A DNA stretch of 64,000 bases, taken from positions 38,442 through 102,441 of the forward strand of contig CAZLQZ010000002.1 in assembly GCA_964561995.1 (NCBI GenBank). Direction: 5' to 3'. Shown one piece after another: positions 37,128 through 45,122 of the stretch (positions are counted from its first letter, which is position 1; the number at the start of each line of letters is the position of its first letter). Made by a program: the position numbers and the translations under genes. The stretch comes from an uncultured Methanosarcinales archaeon (lineage in GTDB: Archaea > Nanobdellota > Nanobdellia > Woesearchaeales > JABIAG01). The notes beneath the pieces were generated by a model that was not told where the DNA came from, made no database searches, and saw only the letters and a program-made list of their open reading frames with translations.

Positions 37128-39185
37128 ATGAAAAACATGAAATTCAAGATTTTTTTAATATTATTGGCTTTTATATTAGTTCTTCCTAATGTATATTCTT
37201 TTGATACTTGGACTACTTCAGTTTCTTTATGTGATTGTGGTATTGATAGTCAAGAATTATATATTTTTAATACTGGCAAAGATAATACCTTCTTAATAGA
37301 TATTAGTGGTGATGCAAAAAATTGGGTTAGTTTATCTGATAATTCTATTTTTTTGGAATCTGGAGAAAGAACAAGTGTTAGTTTGAATTATAAAGTTCCG
37401 TGTGGAGGTAAAGATTCAAATATTATTTTTAAAGTTACTCCGCTTGGTGAACAATCAAAAGAATTAAATCAAAAATTAATAGTTAATGAATGTTCAAATA
37501 TTCAAATAATACCTATCAAAACATTTGATATTGATTGTCCTTGTAAAGAATTAGAGTATCAATTTAAAATTAAAAATACTGGATCTTTTCAAGAAAAATA
37601 TACTTTTGATTCTTCTAAATTTAAAGAAGAAATGATTTTTATTCCTTCAACTGTTTTATTAAATCCTGGACAAGAAGTTGTTGTTACAGCCGTTTTAAAG
37701 GCAGAATGCAAGGTATCTGGTAAATATTCATATGATATTAATGTTTTAGCAGAATATAATGAACTTAAGACCTCTTTTTCTGTTGGCGCTGAAATCAAGC
37801 CTTGTTATGGTTATTCCTTGTCTGCGGGAGAAATAGGGAGTTCATTTGAATCTCAGCAAGGTTTGTATAATGTATGTGTTGGAACTGAGAATTCTATTCC
37901 TTTGTTAATAACAAATGATGCTGATTTTAATAATAGTTATGATCTTTCTTTAAGGGGTAAGTTTGCAACATTACAAAATAAAAATGTTGAAATTGGTTCT
38001 AGTAAAAGTATTTTGACAAATATTTTATTTAATCCAGCTAATGTTGGTAATTATACTTTATTTTTAGAATCAAAATCAAAATTAGGTAAGTTAAAAGGAA
38101 AGTTTAAATTACCGATTATCGTTGAAGATTGTTACAATTTGGAAATTATTATGCCAAGTAAGGTTGAAGTGAATAGTTCTATTGTTCCTATCTTATTAAA
38201 AAACACTGGTACAAAGGAATTAAATGCATTAATTGCTGTATCTGGTAGTGAATTTGTTTCAGTTGATAATGGTGCTTTGACAATTAATGGTGAAAAGGTA
38301 ATTAATCTAGTTTTACAAGACCCGGGTAAATCACTGGTTGAAAATGTTAAAGTATCAGTACAGTTAGATAATGGTGATGTAAAAAATAAAAATTTAAAAT
38401 TGGTATTTGGAAAACCTTTCTTTTATACTTATGGTGTTTTTATTATTTTGGGAATAATTATCTTGATTATTTTAATTATATTTATTGTTTATGTTATTTC
38501 AAAGAGACCTAAAAAAGAAAAAATTAAGAAAGAAAAAAGAATAAAATCTATTGATCGAATTAAAGAGACAGTAATTGAAAATAAAACTAAAAAGAAAGTG
38601 AAAGATAAATCTAAAGAAAAAAAGAACTCCGGTTCTGGTTTTAAGATCTTTTTGTTTGTTGCCTTAATACTTTTAATTTTGATATTTATTTTTTCTCTTC
38701 CAATTCAAACTGTTTCGCCAAATTTATCTGAAAGACAAGTGGGAAAAATGTTAGAACAAAAATGGCCTGTTAATAAAATTTTAAGAACAGATTTAAATGA
38801 ACTTTTTTCTAATTCCTCTTTAAATTTACAATCTAGCGATAAAGTTAATGTTCAAATGATTGGAAAAGTTGCTTATTTATATCCTTCTTCTAATTGGACT
38901 GGTTCAAATTTTTTAGATTTAATTGTTAATAATAAGTCTGAAAAAGTATTTTTTACAATTGAAGGAGCTGTTAATGAAACTTATTTTCAACAAGGAACTT
39001 ATGTTTATGGTACTTTAAGTTATCTTGTTTATGATTATGTTAGAATTCCTATTGTTTTGATAATTGTTGTGTTGGTAATTATTTTGATTATTTTTATAAT
39101 TTTTAAAGCAATTAAATCTAAAAATAAACCTAAAAAAAGTAAGAAAAATAAGGATACTAGGCTGACAACAATAGTTGTTAAATAA
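37128..39185 (+). CDS. large surface/membrane protein with two internal TM segments and Lys-rich spacers
   Basis: Signal peptide (MKFKIFLILLAFILVLPNVYS if translation starts at 37137). TM helices at about residues 440-465 and 515-535 flanking a K-rich segment. The ORF track begins at an upstream TTG. Confidence 0.4.
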   Translation: MKNMKFKIFLILLAFILVLPNVYSFDTWTTSVSLCDCGIDSQELYIFNTGKDNTFLIDISGDAKNWVSLSDNSIFLESGERTSVSLNYKVPCGGKDSNIIFKVTPLGEQSKELNQKLIVNECSNIQIIPIKTFDIDCPCKELEYQFKIKNTGSFQEKYTFDSSKFKEEMIFIPSTVLLNPGQEVVVTAVLKAECKVSGKYSYDINVLAEYNELKTSFSVGAEIKPCYGYSLSAGEIGSSFESQQGLYNVCVGTENSIPLLITNDADFNNSYDLSLRGKFATLQNKNVEIGSSKSILTNILFNPANVGNYTLFLESKSKLGKLKGKFKLPIIVEDCYNLEIIMPSKVEVNSSIVPILLKNTGTKELNALIAVSGSEFVSVDNGALTINGEKVINLVLQDPGKSLVENVKVSVQLDNGDVKNKNLKLVFGKPFFYTYGVFIILGIIILIILIIFIVYVISKRPKKEKIKKEKRIKSIDRIKETVIENKTKKKVKDKSKEKKNSGSGFKIFLFVALILLILIFIFSLPIQTVSPNLSERQVGKMLEQKWPVNKILRTDLNELFSNSSLNLQSSDKVNVQMIGKVAYLYPSSNWTGSNFLDLIVNNKSEKVFFTIEGAVNETYFQQGTYVYGTLSYLVYDYVRIPIVLIIVVLVIILIIFIIFKAIKSKNKPKKSKKNKDTRLTTIVVK

Positions 39186-39226
39186 TTATTTGATTTATTT
39201 TATTTTTTGTAATATTCTTTTTTCAA

Positions 39227-39976
39227 TTAATTTTTTTGAAATATTACTAAACTTCCATATTTATTAAAAAATTTAAATCTTGGATCTTTTTTCACTTCTT
39301 CAACTACGTTAATTACTCCTTGAAATTCATCAGAATAATCGTGAAAAATTAAAAATCCTTTTTTAACAATTAATTCATTCCAAAGATCAAAATCTAATTT
39401 GACATTTTCATATTCATGGCTTCCATCTATAAATAATAATGAAATTTCTTCTTTGAAATTAGTAATTACGTCTTGCGATCTTCCTTTTAAAATTTTGATA
39501 TAATCTTCGACTTTTGCTTTTGAAATGTTATTTTTAAATATTTCAAAAGTTGAGCCTACTTTAGGAAAAAATTCCATTATTTTATTTGAGTTATTCAAGT
39601 CAAATTCTGGCGAATCTCCTCCATCAAATGGGTCTATACAATAAAGGACATTATTTTGTTTTGAATGTTTTATGCCTTTTGTAATATAAATTGAGGATAT
39701 TCCTTTAAAACTTCCTATTTCAACAATTGGTTTTTTTAAGTTTATAGAAGTCTGTTTGGATAATTCATGAAGTACTATTCCTTGTTTAGCATCAATTCCT
39801 TCGGAATCTAAAGATTTAATTAAATCAATTAACCAACTTATTTTGATTGTGTTATTAATGTCTTCCTTTATTTTTTCATTATTAAAAATTTCATTCATAA
39901 TTTTAATTTTTTTATTTAATTTAAAAGCTTTTTGTAACTTAAAAAAAGAAATTAAACAATTCATAAAATATTGCAA
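39227..39976 (-). CDS. class I SAM-dependent O-methyltransferase (Methyltransf_24/CmcI-like)
   Basis: PIVEIGSFKGISS motif I. LLFIDGSHEYENV. Confidence 0.5.
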   Translation of the reverse strand: MQYFMNCLISFFKLQKAFKLNKKIKIMNEIFNNEKIKEDINNTIKISWLIDLIKSLDSEGIDAKQGIVLHELSKQTSINLKKPIVEIGSFKGISSIYITKGIKHSKQNNVLYCIDPFDGGDSPEFDLNNSNKIMEFFPKVGSTFEIFKNNISKAKVEDYIKILKGRSQDVITNFKEEISLLFIDGSHEYENVKLDFDLWNELIVKKGFLIFHDYSDEFQGVINVVEEVKKDPRFKFFNKYGSLVIFQKN

Positions 39977-41093
39977 TTAAAAACAAAATAACCATCATGG
40001 TGCTTAAAAATTTATATCCTTTAATTTTATATTCTGGTTTTCTTTTTCCTATTTTTTTAGCTTTATGAAATATGGCAACTACTAAAATGCAAGTAATTCC
40101 TCCTGAAACTGCCCCTGTTAAACTTAATATTTGAATAAAGTTAGTAATATCAGAAATAAAAACATCCCAAAAAAAGATAACTAACGGCACAATAATTGTT
40201 AATAGCCATGCATTTACTTTTTTCATATTATAATCATATTCATACATTTTTTCTAATGCAATTCCAAGGGCTAAAAATGAAGTTCCCATTGCAATTATGG
40301 CAAATAAATTAACAAATAATCCTATTGGTCCATTGATAAATACATTTAATGCTGCAGAAGCAATTCTTTCATCTATACTTAAAGATTCAAATCCTTTTAT
40401 TCCAACAATTCCAACTACTGTTAAAGCAAATATTAAATATATTGCTATTGAAATAATGCTTCCCCATATTACTGCTTTTTTTATTTCTTTTCTGTTCCTA
40501 GTTAATTGTTCTTTTAATAGGGGTATTGTAGTAACTCCCAAAAATGCAAAGAGTATAATTCCAAAGGGAATGAATATATTTCCTTTTCCTGCAGTATAAT
40601 TCTCTGGTGAAATATGTGATGTTGAAAATATTGAAACTAAAACAATTGTAATTAATAAAATGGTAACTAAAACAAATTCCGTTTTTCCAATTGTTTTTAA
40701 TCCTTTGAAAATTAAGTAACTAGCAACAATAAAAAATATTATTGAATAAATAAAAGCATTTCCTCCAAATAATGAAGCAAAACTTGTTCCTTGTCCAATT
40801 GTGTATGCTAATAATGCTCCATAGATTTCAATCATCATTGCAATAGTGAGAATTAATTTTCCTTTTTTTCCAAGATATTTTTCAGCATATCCTGTCAATT
40901 GATGATTGCCTTTAGTTCTTAGAGTTACTTCTCCTAAATATAAGTTTAACATCATTAGTAATAAACCAATTCCAACAATGTCTATAATTCCTGCAATCAA
41001 TCCTGCTTTAGCAATAATGTAGGGTATGCCAAGTATTCCTGCACCTACTATTGTTCCTACTAAAGTTGCAATACTTATACCTATTTTATTCAT
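39939..41093 (-). CDS. amino acid permease (APC-superfamily transporter)
   Basis: About 11 TM helices. N-terminal GAGILGIP motif typical of amino acid transporters. Confidence 0.5.
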   Translation of the reverse strand: MNKIGISIATLVGTIVGAGILGIPYIIAKAGLIAGIIDIVGIGLLLMMLNLYLGEVTLRTKGNHQLTGYAEKYLGKKGKLILTIAMMIEIYGALLAYTIGQGTSFASLFGGNAFIYSIIFFIVASYLIFKGLKTIGKTEFVLVTILLITIVLVSIFSTSHISPENYTAGKGNIFIPFGIILFAFLGVTTIPLLKEQLTRNRKEIKKAVIWGSIISIAIYLIFALTVVGIVGIKGFESLSIDERIASAALNVFINGPIGLFVNLFAIIAMGTSFLALGIALEKMYEYDYNMKKVNAWLLTIIVPLVIFFWDVFISDITNFIQILSLTGAVSGGITCILVVAIFHKAKKIGKRKPEYKIKGYKFLSTMMVILFLIAIFYELFNFFF

Positions 41094-41179
41094 TTTATTA
41101 TTTCTAACAGAACTATTATTTAAATCTTGACTTGCGTTTATATCTTACAAACTATATTTTGCAAAATAGCTATATTTTT

Positions 41180-41245
41180 AAACTAGTTTTACCTGTAAAA
41201 CTACAGGTGTGGTACTCAATTATTGTGTGCGCTACAGGTGGTGTT
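41180..41245 (+). promoter_or_regulatory. candidate operator/promoter of the nrd operon: palindrome CCTGTAAAACTACAGG plus a second CTACAGGTG copy, and a GGTGG SD
   Basis: Perfect inverted repeat at 41192-41207. CTACAGGTG repeated 32 bp downstream (41233-41241). Confidence 0.35.
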
Positions 41246-41696
41246 TAAAATGAAATGTCCTTTTTGTAATTCCAATGAATTAAAAGTTGTTGAAACTAGG
41301 GAATCGGTTGATAATCTTACGAGAAGAAGAAAAGAATGTTTTTCTTGTAATAAAAGATTTACTACATATGAAAAAATTGATTTGGGTAATATTTTTGTAG
41401 TTAAAAAAGATGGAACAAAACAAGAATTCAAAGAACAAAAAATCAAAGGGAGTATAATTAGAGCGTATGATAAAAGAAACTTTCCTGAAGATAAAGTTGA
41501 AAAGATTTCAAGAGATATAATTTCTAAGTTATACTCATTGGGTCAAAAAGAAGTTCTTTCAACTCAGATCGGAAGGATGATTTTAAGTAAGTTAAAAACT
41601 TTAGATAAACTTGCATATTTACGATTTAGTTATGTCTTTAACGATTTTCAAGACATTGAGAATATAAAAGAGGTTATTAAAAAAATAGAAAAATGA
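41223..41696 (+). CDS. nrdR: NrdR transcriptional repressor (Zn-ribbon plus ATP-cone)
   Basis: MKCPFCNSNELKVVETRE...RRRKECFSCNKRFTTYEKID is the canonical NrdR N-terminus. 157 aa. Confidence 0.8.
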   Translation: MCALQVVFKMKCPFCNSNELKVVETRESVDNLTRRRKECFSCNKRFTTYEKIDLGNIFVVKKDGTKQEFKEQKIKGSIIRAYDKRNFPEDKVEKISRDIISKLYSLGQKEVLSTQIGRMILSKLKTLDKLAYLRFSYVFNDFQDIENIKEVIKKIEK

Positions 41697-43531
41697 TTGT
41701 ATTAGAAGAAAGAAATCAGGAATTGCTGCAAAAATTCAAAAAGAAACATGAAGAATTTCAAAAATATAGTAATCTTGTTAATCATGTTAATATTGTAAAA
41801 AGTTATCTTGAAAATCTGGATTGGAAAGTTAAAGAAAATTCCAATATGAGTTTTTCTTTGCAAGGTTTAAATAATTATATTACTTCTAAAGTTACAACTG
41901 ATTTTTGGTTGTCAACAATTTATAGTGCGAAAATTGCCGATGCTCATAAAGAAGGCGATATGCACATTCATGATTTGTCTATGTTGAGTCCTTATTGTGT
42001 AGGGTGGGATTTGATGGATTTATTATTGAAGGGTTTTGGTGGTGTTTCAAATAAAATACAATCTTTGCCCCCTAAACATTTCAAGTCTGCTTTAGGTCAA
42101 ATTGTTAATTTCTTTTATACTTTACAAGGCGAAAGTGCTGGAGCTCAAGCATTTTCTAATCTTGATACTTTACTAGCTCCTTTTATTAGATTTGACAATT
42201 TAAGTTATGATGAAGTCAAACAAGCTTTGCAAGAATTTATTTTTAATCTTAATATTCCAACTAGGACCGGTTTTCAAACACCTTTTACAAATCTTACTTT
42301 TGATTTGAAATGTAGTCCAATATTTAAACAACTATTTGTAATTATTGGTGGAAAACCTGTTGATTTTAAATATGGTGAATTTCAAAAAGAAATGGATTTA
42401 CTGAATAAAGCTTTTGCAGATGTAATGATTGAAGGGGACGCATCTGGCAGAGTTTTTTCTTTTCCAATTCCGACATATAATATAACTAAAGATTTTGATT
42501 GGGATAATGAGAATTATGAAAAAATCTGGATTATGACTGCAAAATATGGTGTTCCTTATTTTGCTAATTATATTAATTCTGATATGAAACCCGAAGATGC
42601 AATGAGCATGTGTTGCAGGTTGAGATTGGATAAAAGACAATTAAATAAACGGGGTGGTGGGTTGTTTGGTTCTAATCCTTTAACTGGTTCGTTGGGTGTT
42701 GTAACTATTAATCTTCCAAGAATTAGTTTTATTTCAAAAAGTATGTCTGATTTTAAAGAAAATCTTTTATCTATTCTGGAATTAGCAAAAGATTCTTTAG
42801 AATTAAAAAGAGTAATCATTGAACAATTTACTGAGTTGGGTTTGTATCCTTATTCAAAATTTTATCTTAGTTCCATTAAAAAAAATCATGGTGAATATTG
42901 GGCTAATCATTTTTCTACAATTGGGATTGTTGGAATGAATGAAGCATTAATTAATCTTGTTGGCAAAGATATTACTAGTAGTGCTGGTTCAAATGCTGCA
43001 AAAGAAATTTTGGATTTTATGAGAGAAAAAATTTTAGAATATCAGAAAAAAACAGGAAATAATTATAATTTAGAAGCTACTCCTGCTGAAGGAACTTCTT
43101 ATAGGTTGGCAAATTTAGATAATAAAAAGTTCTCATTATCAAATTCTTATTACACCAATTCTTCACAATTGCCTGTTGGATTTACGGATGATTTATTTCA
43201 TGCATTAGATTTGCAAGATGAAATTCAGTGTAAATATACTGGGGGTACTGTGTTTCATGCTTTTATTGGTGAAGAATTGCCCGATTCTAAATCTGTAAAA
43301 CAATTAGTAAAGAAAATTGCTTCAAATTATTCTTTACCTTATTTTACTTTAACTCCTACTTTTAGTATTTGTTTACAGCACAATTATATTTCTGGAAAAC
43401 ATGAAATTTGTCCTACTTGTGGGAAGAAATGTGAAGTTTATAGTCGTATTGTTGGTTATTTAAGACCTGTTGATCAGTGGAATAAGGGCAAGCAAAAAGA
43501 GTTTTTTGATAGAAAGGAATTTTTAGTATGA
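41693..43531 (+). CDS. nrdD: anaerobic ribonucleoside-triphosphate reductase (class III RNR)
   Basis: C-terminal Zn site CPTCGKKC and glycyl-radical motif SRIVGYL. 612 aa. Confidence 0.85.
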   Translation: MIVLEERNQELLQKFKKKHEEFQKYSNLVNHVNIVKSYLENLDWKVKENSNMSFSLQGLNNYITSKVTTDFWLSTIYSAKIADAHKEGDMHIHDLSMLSPYCVGWDLMDLLLKGFGGVSNKIQSLPPKHFKSALGQIVNFFYTLQGESAGAQAFSNLDTLLAPFIRFDNLSYDEVKQALQEFIFNLNIPTRTGFQTPFTNLTFDLKCSPIFKQLFVIIGGKPVDFKYGEFQKEMDLLNKAFADVMIEGDASGRVFSFPIPTYNITKDFDWDNENYEKIWIMTAKYGVPYFANYINSDMKPEDAMSMCCRLRLDKRQLNKRGGGLFGSNPLTGSLGVVTINLPRISFISKSMSDFKENLLSILELAKDSLELKRVIIEQFTELGLYPYSKFYLSSIKKNHGEYWANHFSTIGIVGMNEALINLVGKDITSSAGSNAAKEILDFMREKILEYQKKTGNNYNLEATPAEGTSYRLANLDNKKFSLSNSYYTNSSQLPVGFTDDLFHALDLQDEIQCKYTGGTVFHAFIGEELPDSKSVKQLVKKIASNYSLPYFTLTPTFSICLQHNYISGKHEICPTCGKKCEVYSRIVGYLRPVDQWNKGKQKEFFDRKEFLV

Positions 43532-44004
43532 TTGGTGCATTTCAAAAATTAACTTTGCAAGATTATCCTGGTAGGGTTGCTTGTATAATTTTCACGAGAG
43601 GTTGTAATTTAAGGTGTAGTTATTGTCATAATCCTGATTTATTAAAAGAAGGTAAAAATATTTCTGAAATTGAAATTTTAAATTTTCTTGAAAACAGAAA
43701 AAATTTGCTTGATGGGGTTGTAGTTACTGGTGGTGAGCCAACAATTCATGGTGACTTGCCTAATTTATTGTTTAAAATTAAAAAACTGGGTTACTCAATT
43801 AAATTATATACTAATGGTACTAGACCTTTGATGCTAAAAAAGTTAACTGAAAAAAATTTGGTTGATGTAGTTGCAATGGATTATGAATTAAGTGATGAGA
43901 AATCTAAAAAAATTGTAAAAGAAAGTGGTGTTGAATATGAATTAAGGGTTCATTCTGATGAAAATGTAAAAGAAAAGAATGCAGTTTACTATGATATAAA
44001 ATAA
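43528..44004 (+). CDS. nrdG: anaerobic RNR activating enzyme (radical SAM)
   Basis: CNLRCSYCHN CxxxCxxC cluster motif. 158 aa. Translationally coupled to nrdD. Confidence 0.8.
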   Translation: MIGAFQKLTLQDYPGRVACIIFTRGCNLRCSYCHNPDLLKEGKNISEIEILNFLENRKNLLDGVVVTGGEPTIHGDLPNLLFKIKKLGYSIKLYTNGTRPLMLKKLTEKNLVDVVAMDYELSDEKSKKIVKESGVEYELRVHSDENVKEKNAVYYDIK

Positions 44005-44007
44005 ATA

Positions 44008-44121
44008 TGGGGATGTGAGGATTTGAACCCCAATCCGTCGGTATCTTCAAAAATCATTGACTTTCGTCTCATATTTCCATTGTTGGAGCCGACTATTCTA
44101 GCCAGATTATACTACATCCCC
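44008..44121 (-). tRNA. tRNA-Trp (anticodon CCA) with a ~40-nt intron 3' of position 37
   Basis: Reverse complement reads GGGGATG...CATCCCC-A (acceptor), a GG-containing D-loop, anticodon stem GTCGG/CCGAC with loop CUCCAA(intron)A, and T-arm TGGGG-TTCAAAT-CCTCA. The D-stem is weak and AT-rich, hence moderate confidence. Confidence 0.65.
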
Positions 44122-44164
44122 TATAACCTTTTGTTAAAGAACTATATTCATTTTATAAATATTT

Positions 44165-44434
44165 CTACCAATTGGGTATTTCTTTAAGTTTTTTTGAACT
44201 TTCGACTGCATATCTTGCTTTTTTTTTGGAAGTATAAATTGAAAATGGTTTAAAATTTTCTTTAGTTTCTACTAATTCTTTTTTTTCATTAAGGAAGTAT
44301 ACATTTATTGGAAAAAATACAAAACATGTGTGTAAGTTAATGTTCATTTCCTTGCCTAAATCTAAAACTATTGTTTTTTTCTTAGAAAACATCAGACCTT
44401 TTGTTAAACTAAATATGTTGTTACAAATTTTCAT
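44165..44434 (-). CDS. small hypothetical protein, possibly DUF192-like
   Basis: 89 aa. KGLMF motif reminiscent of DUF192. 4-nt overlap with the upstream gene. Confidence 0.25.
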   Translation of the reverse strand: MKICNNIFSLTKGLMFSKKKTIVLDLGKEMNINLHTCFVFFPINVYFLNEKKELVETKENFKPFSIYTSKKKARYAVESSKKLKEIPNW

Positions 44435-44814
44435 TGTACAAGTATTTCCATTTTATTGATTTTGCCATTTCTTTTTAATTCTTCTATGTATCTGTAAAAT
44501 GATGCTTTTGAACAGTATTTTTGTTGGTCAACTATTATTTCTTTAATTTCTGGTATTGATTGATTTATTTCTAATTGTTCTATTATTTTTTGTTTGATTA
44601 TGCCTTTTTTATTTCTATTAAGTTTGTTATTTATTTCAGTTTGGAGGGTTGGAGCAATTTTCACATTTTGTATTTTTCCTTCCAAGTGTATAATTTTTTC
44701 TTTTAATTCTTTATTTTCTGACTTTATTTTATTTATGTCTGATTTTAAAAAATCTATGTCTTTTTTTATTTTGGAAAAACTTTCTTTCAGTGCTTCTTTT
44801 AGTTCTGTTTCCAT
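44431..44814 (-). CDS. small coiled-coil protein with a C-terminal winged-helix-like DNA-binding segment
   Basis: Heptad-rich N-terminus (LKEALKESFSKIKKDIDFLKSDINKIKSENKELKEKIIHLEGKI). C-terminus SKASFYRYIEELKRNGKI resembles a wHTH recognition region. Its start abuts the GAGACT array. Confidence 0.3.
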   Translation of the reverse strand: METELKEALKESFSKIKKDIDFLKSDINKIKSENKELKEKIIHLEGKIQNVKIAPTLQTEINNKLNRNKKGIIKQKIIEQLEINQSIPEIKEIIVDQQKYCSKASFYRYIEELKRNGKINKMEILVQ

Positions 44815-44857
44815 ATCTTTTTTCTTATTTTTTTCTTATTTAAACATTTCTGTTTTT

Positions 44858-45009
44858 GAGACAAGTCTGAGACTAGTCTCATTTGAGACTGGGACTTTGG
44901 TGAGACTAGCTTGAGACTGATTTCTCCACAGGAAATGGGGGGGTGTCTGAGACTTCTCTGAGACTGTCCTGAGACTCTTCTGGGGCTGGCTTGAGACTAT
45001 TTTGAGACT
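44858..45009. repeat. array of about 10 TGAGACT heptamers with mostly 11-bp (or 22-bp) spacing, including the palindrome GAGACTAGTCTC. Iteron/operator-like.
   Basis: GAGACT at 44869, 44885, 44902, 44913, 44949, 44960, 44971, 44993 and 45004, plus GAGACA at 44858. Spacings are 16, 17, 11, 36, 11, 11, 22 and 11. Local GC is well above the window average. Confidence 0.6.
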
Positions 45010-45122
45010 TTATTTATTTGCCCAGGCCTTTTTAGACGTTAATTAGTCAATAGATTCTCAAATGGTCTTTGAGTACTAGATTTACACAAAATTTATATAG
45101 TATTTTTAAGATTTAACTTCTT

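Noticed and set aside
24158-41223. Possibility that the contig is bacterial (CPR-like), given NrdR, LicC-like and WbpBDE-like genes
   Set aside because: AglB with the WWDFG motif, an archaeal-type intron at tRNA position 37/38, and archaeal-type promoter/terminator features (TATA-like boxes, T-tract terminators) argue for an archaeon. The bacterial-like genes are more simply explained by horizontal transfer.
44858-45009. Considered the GAGACT array as a CRISPR-like array
   Set aside because: Repeat units are only 6-7 nt with 4-10-nt variable gaps and there is no leader. This is far too short for CRISPR repeats, so it is treated as an iteron/operator-like array instead.
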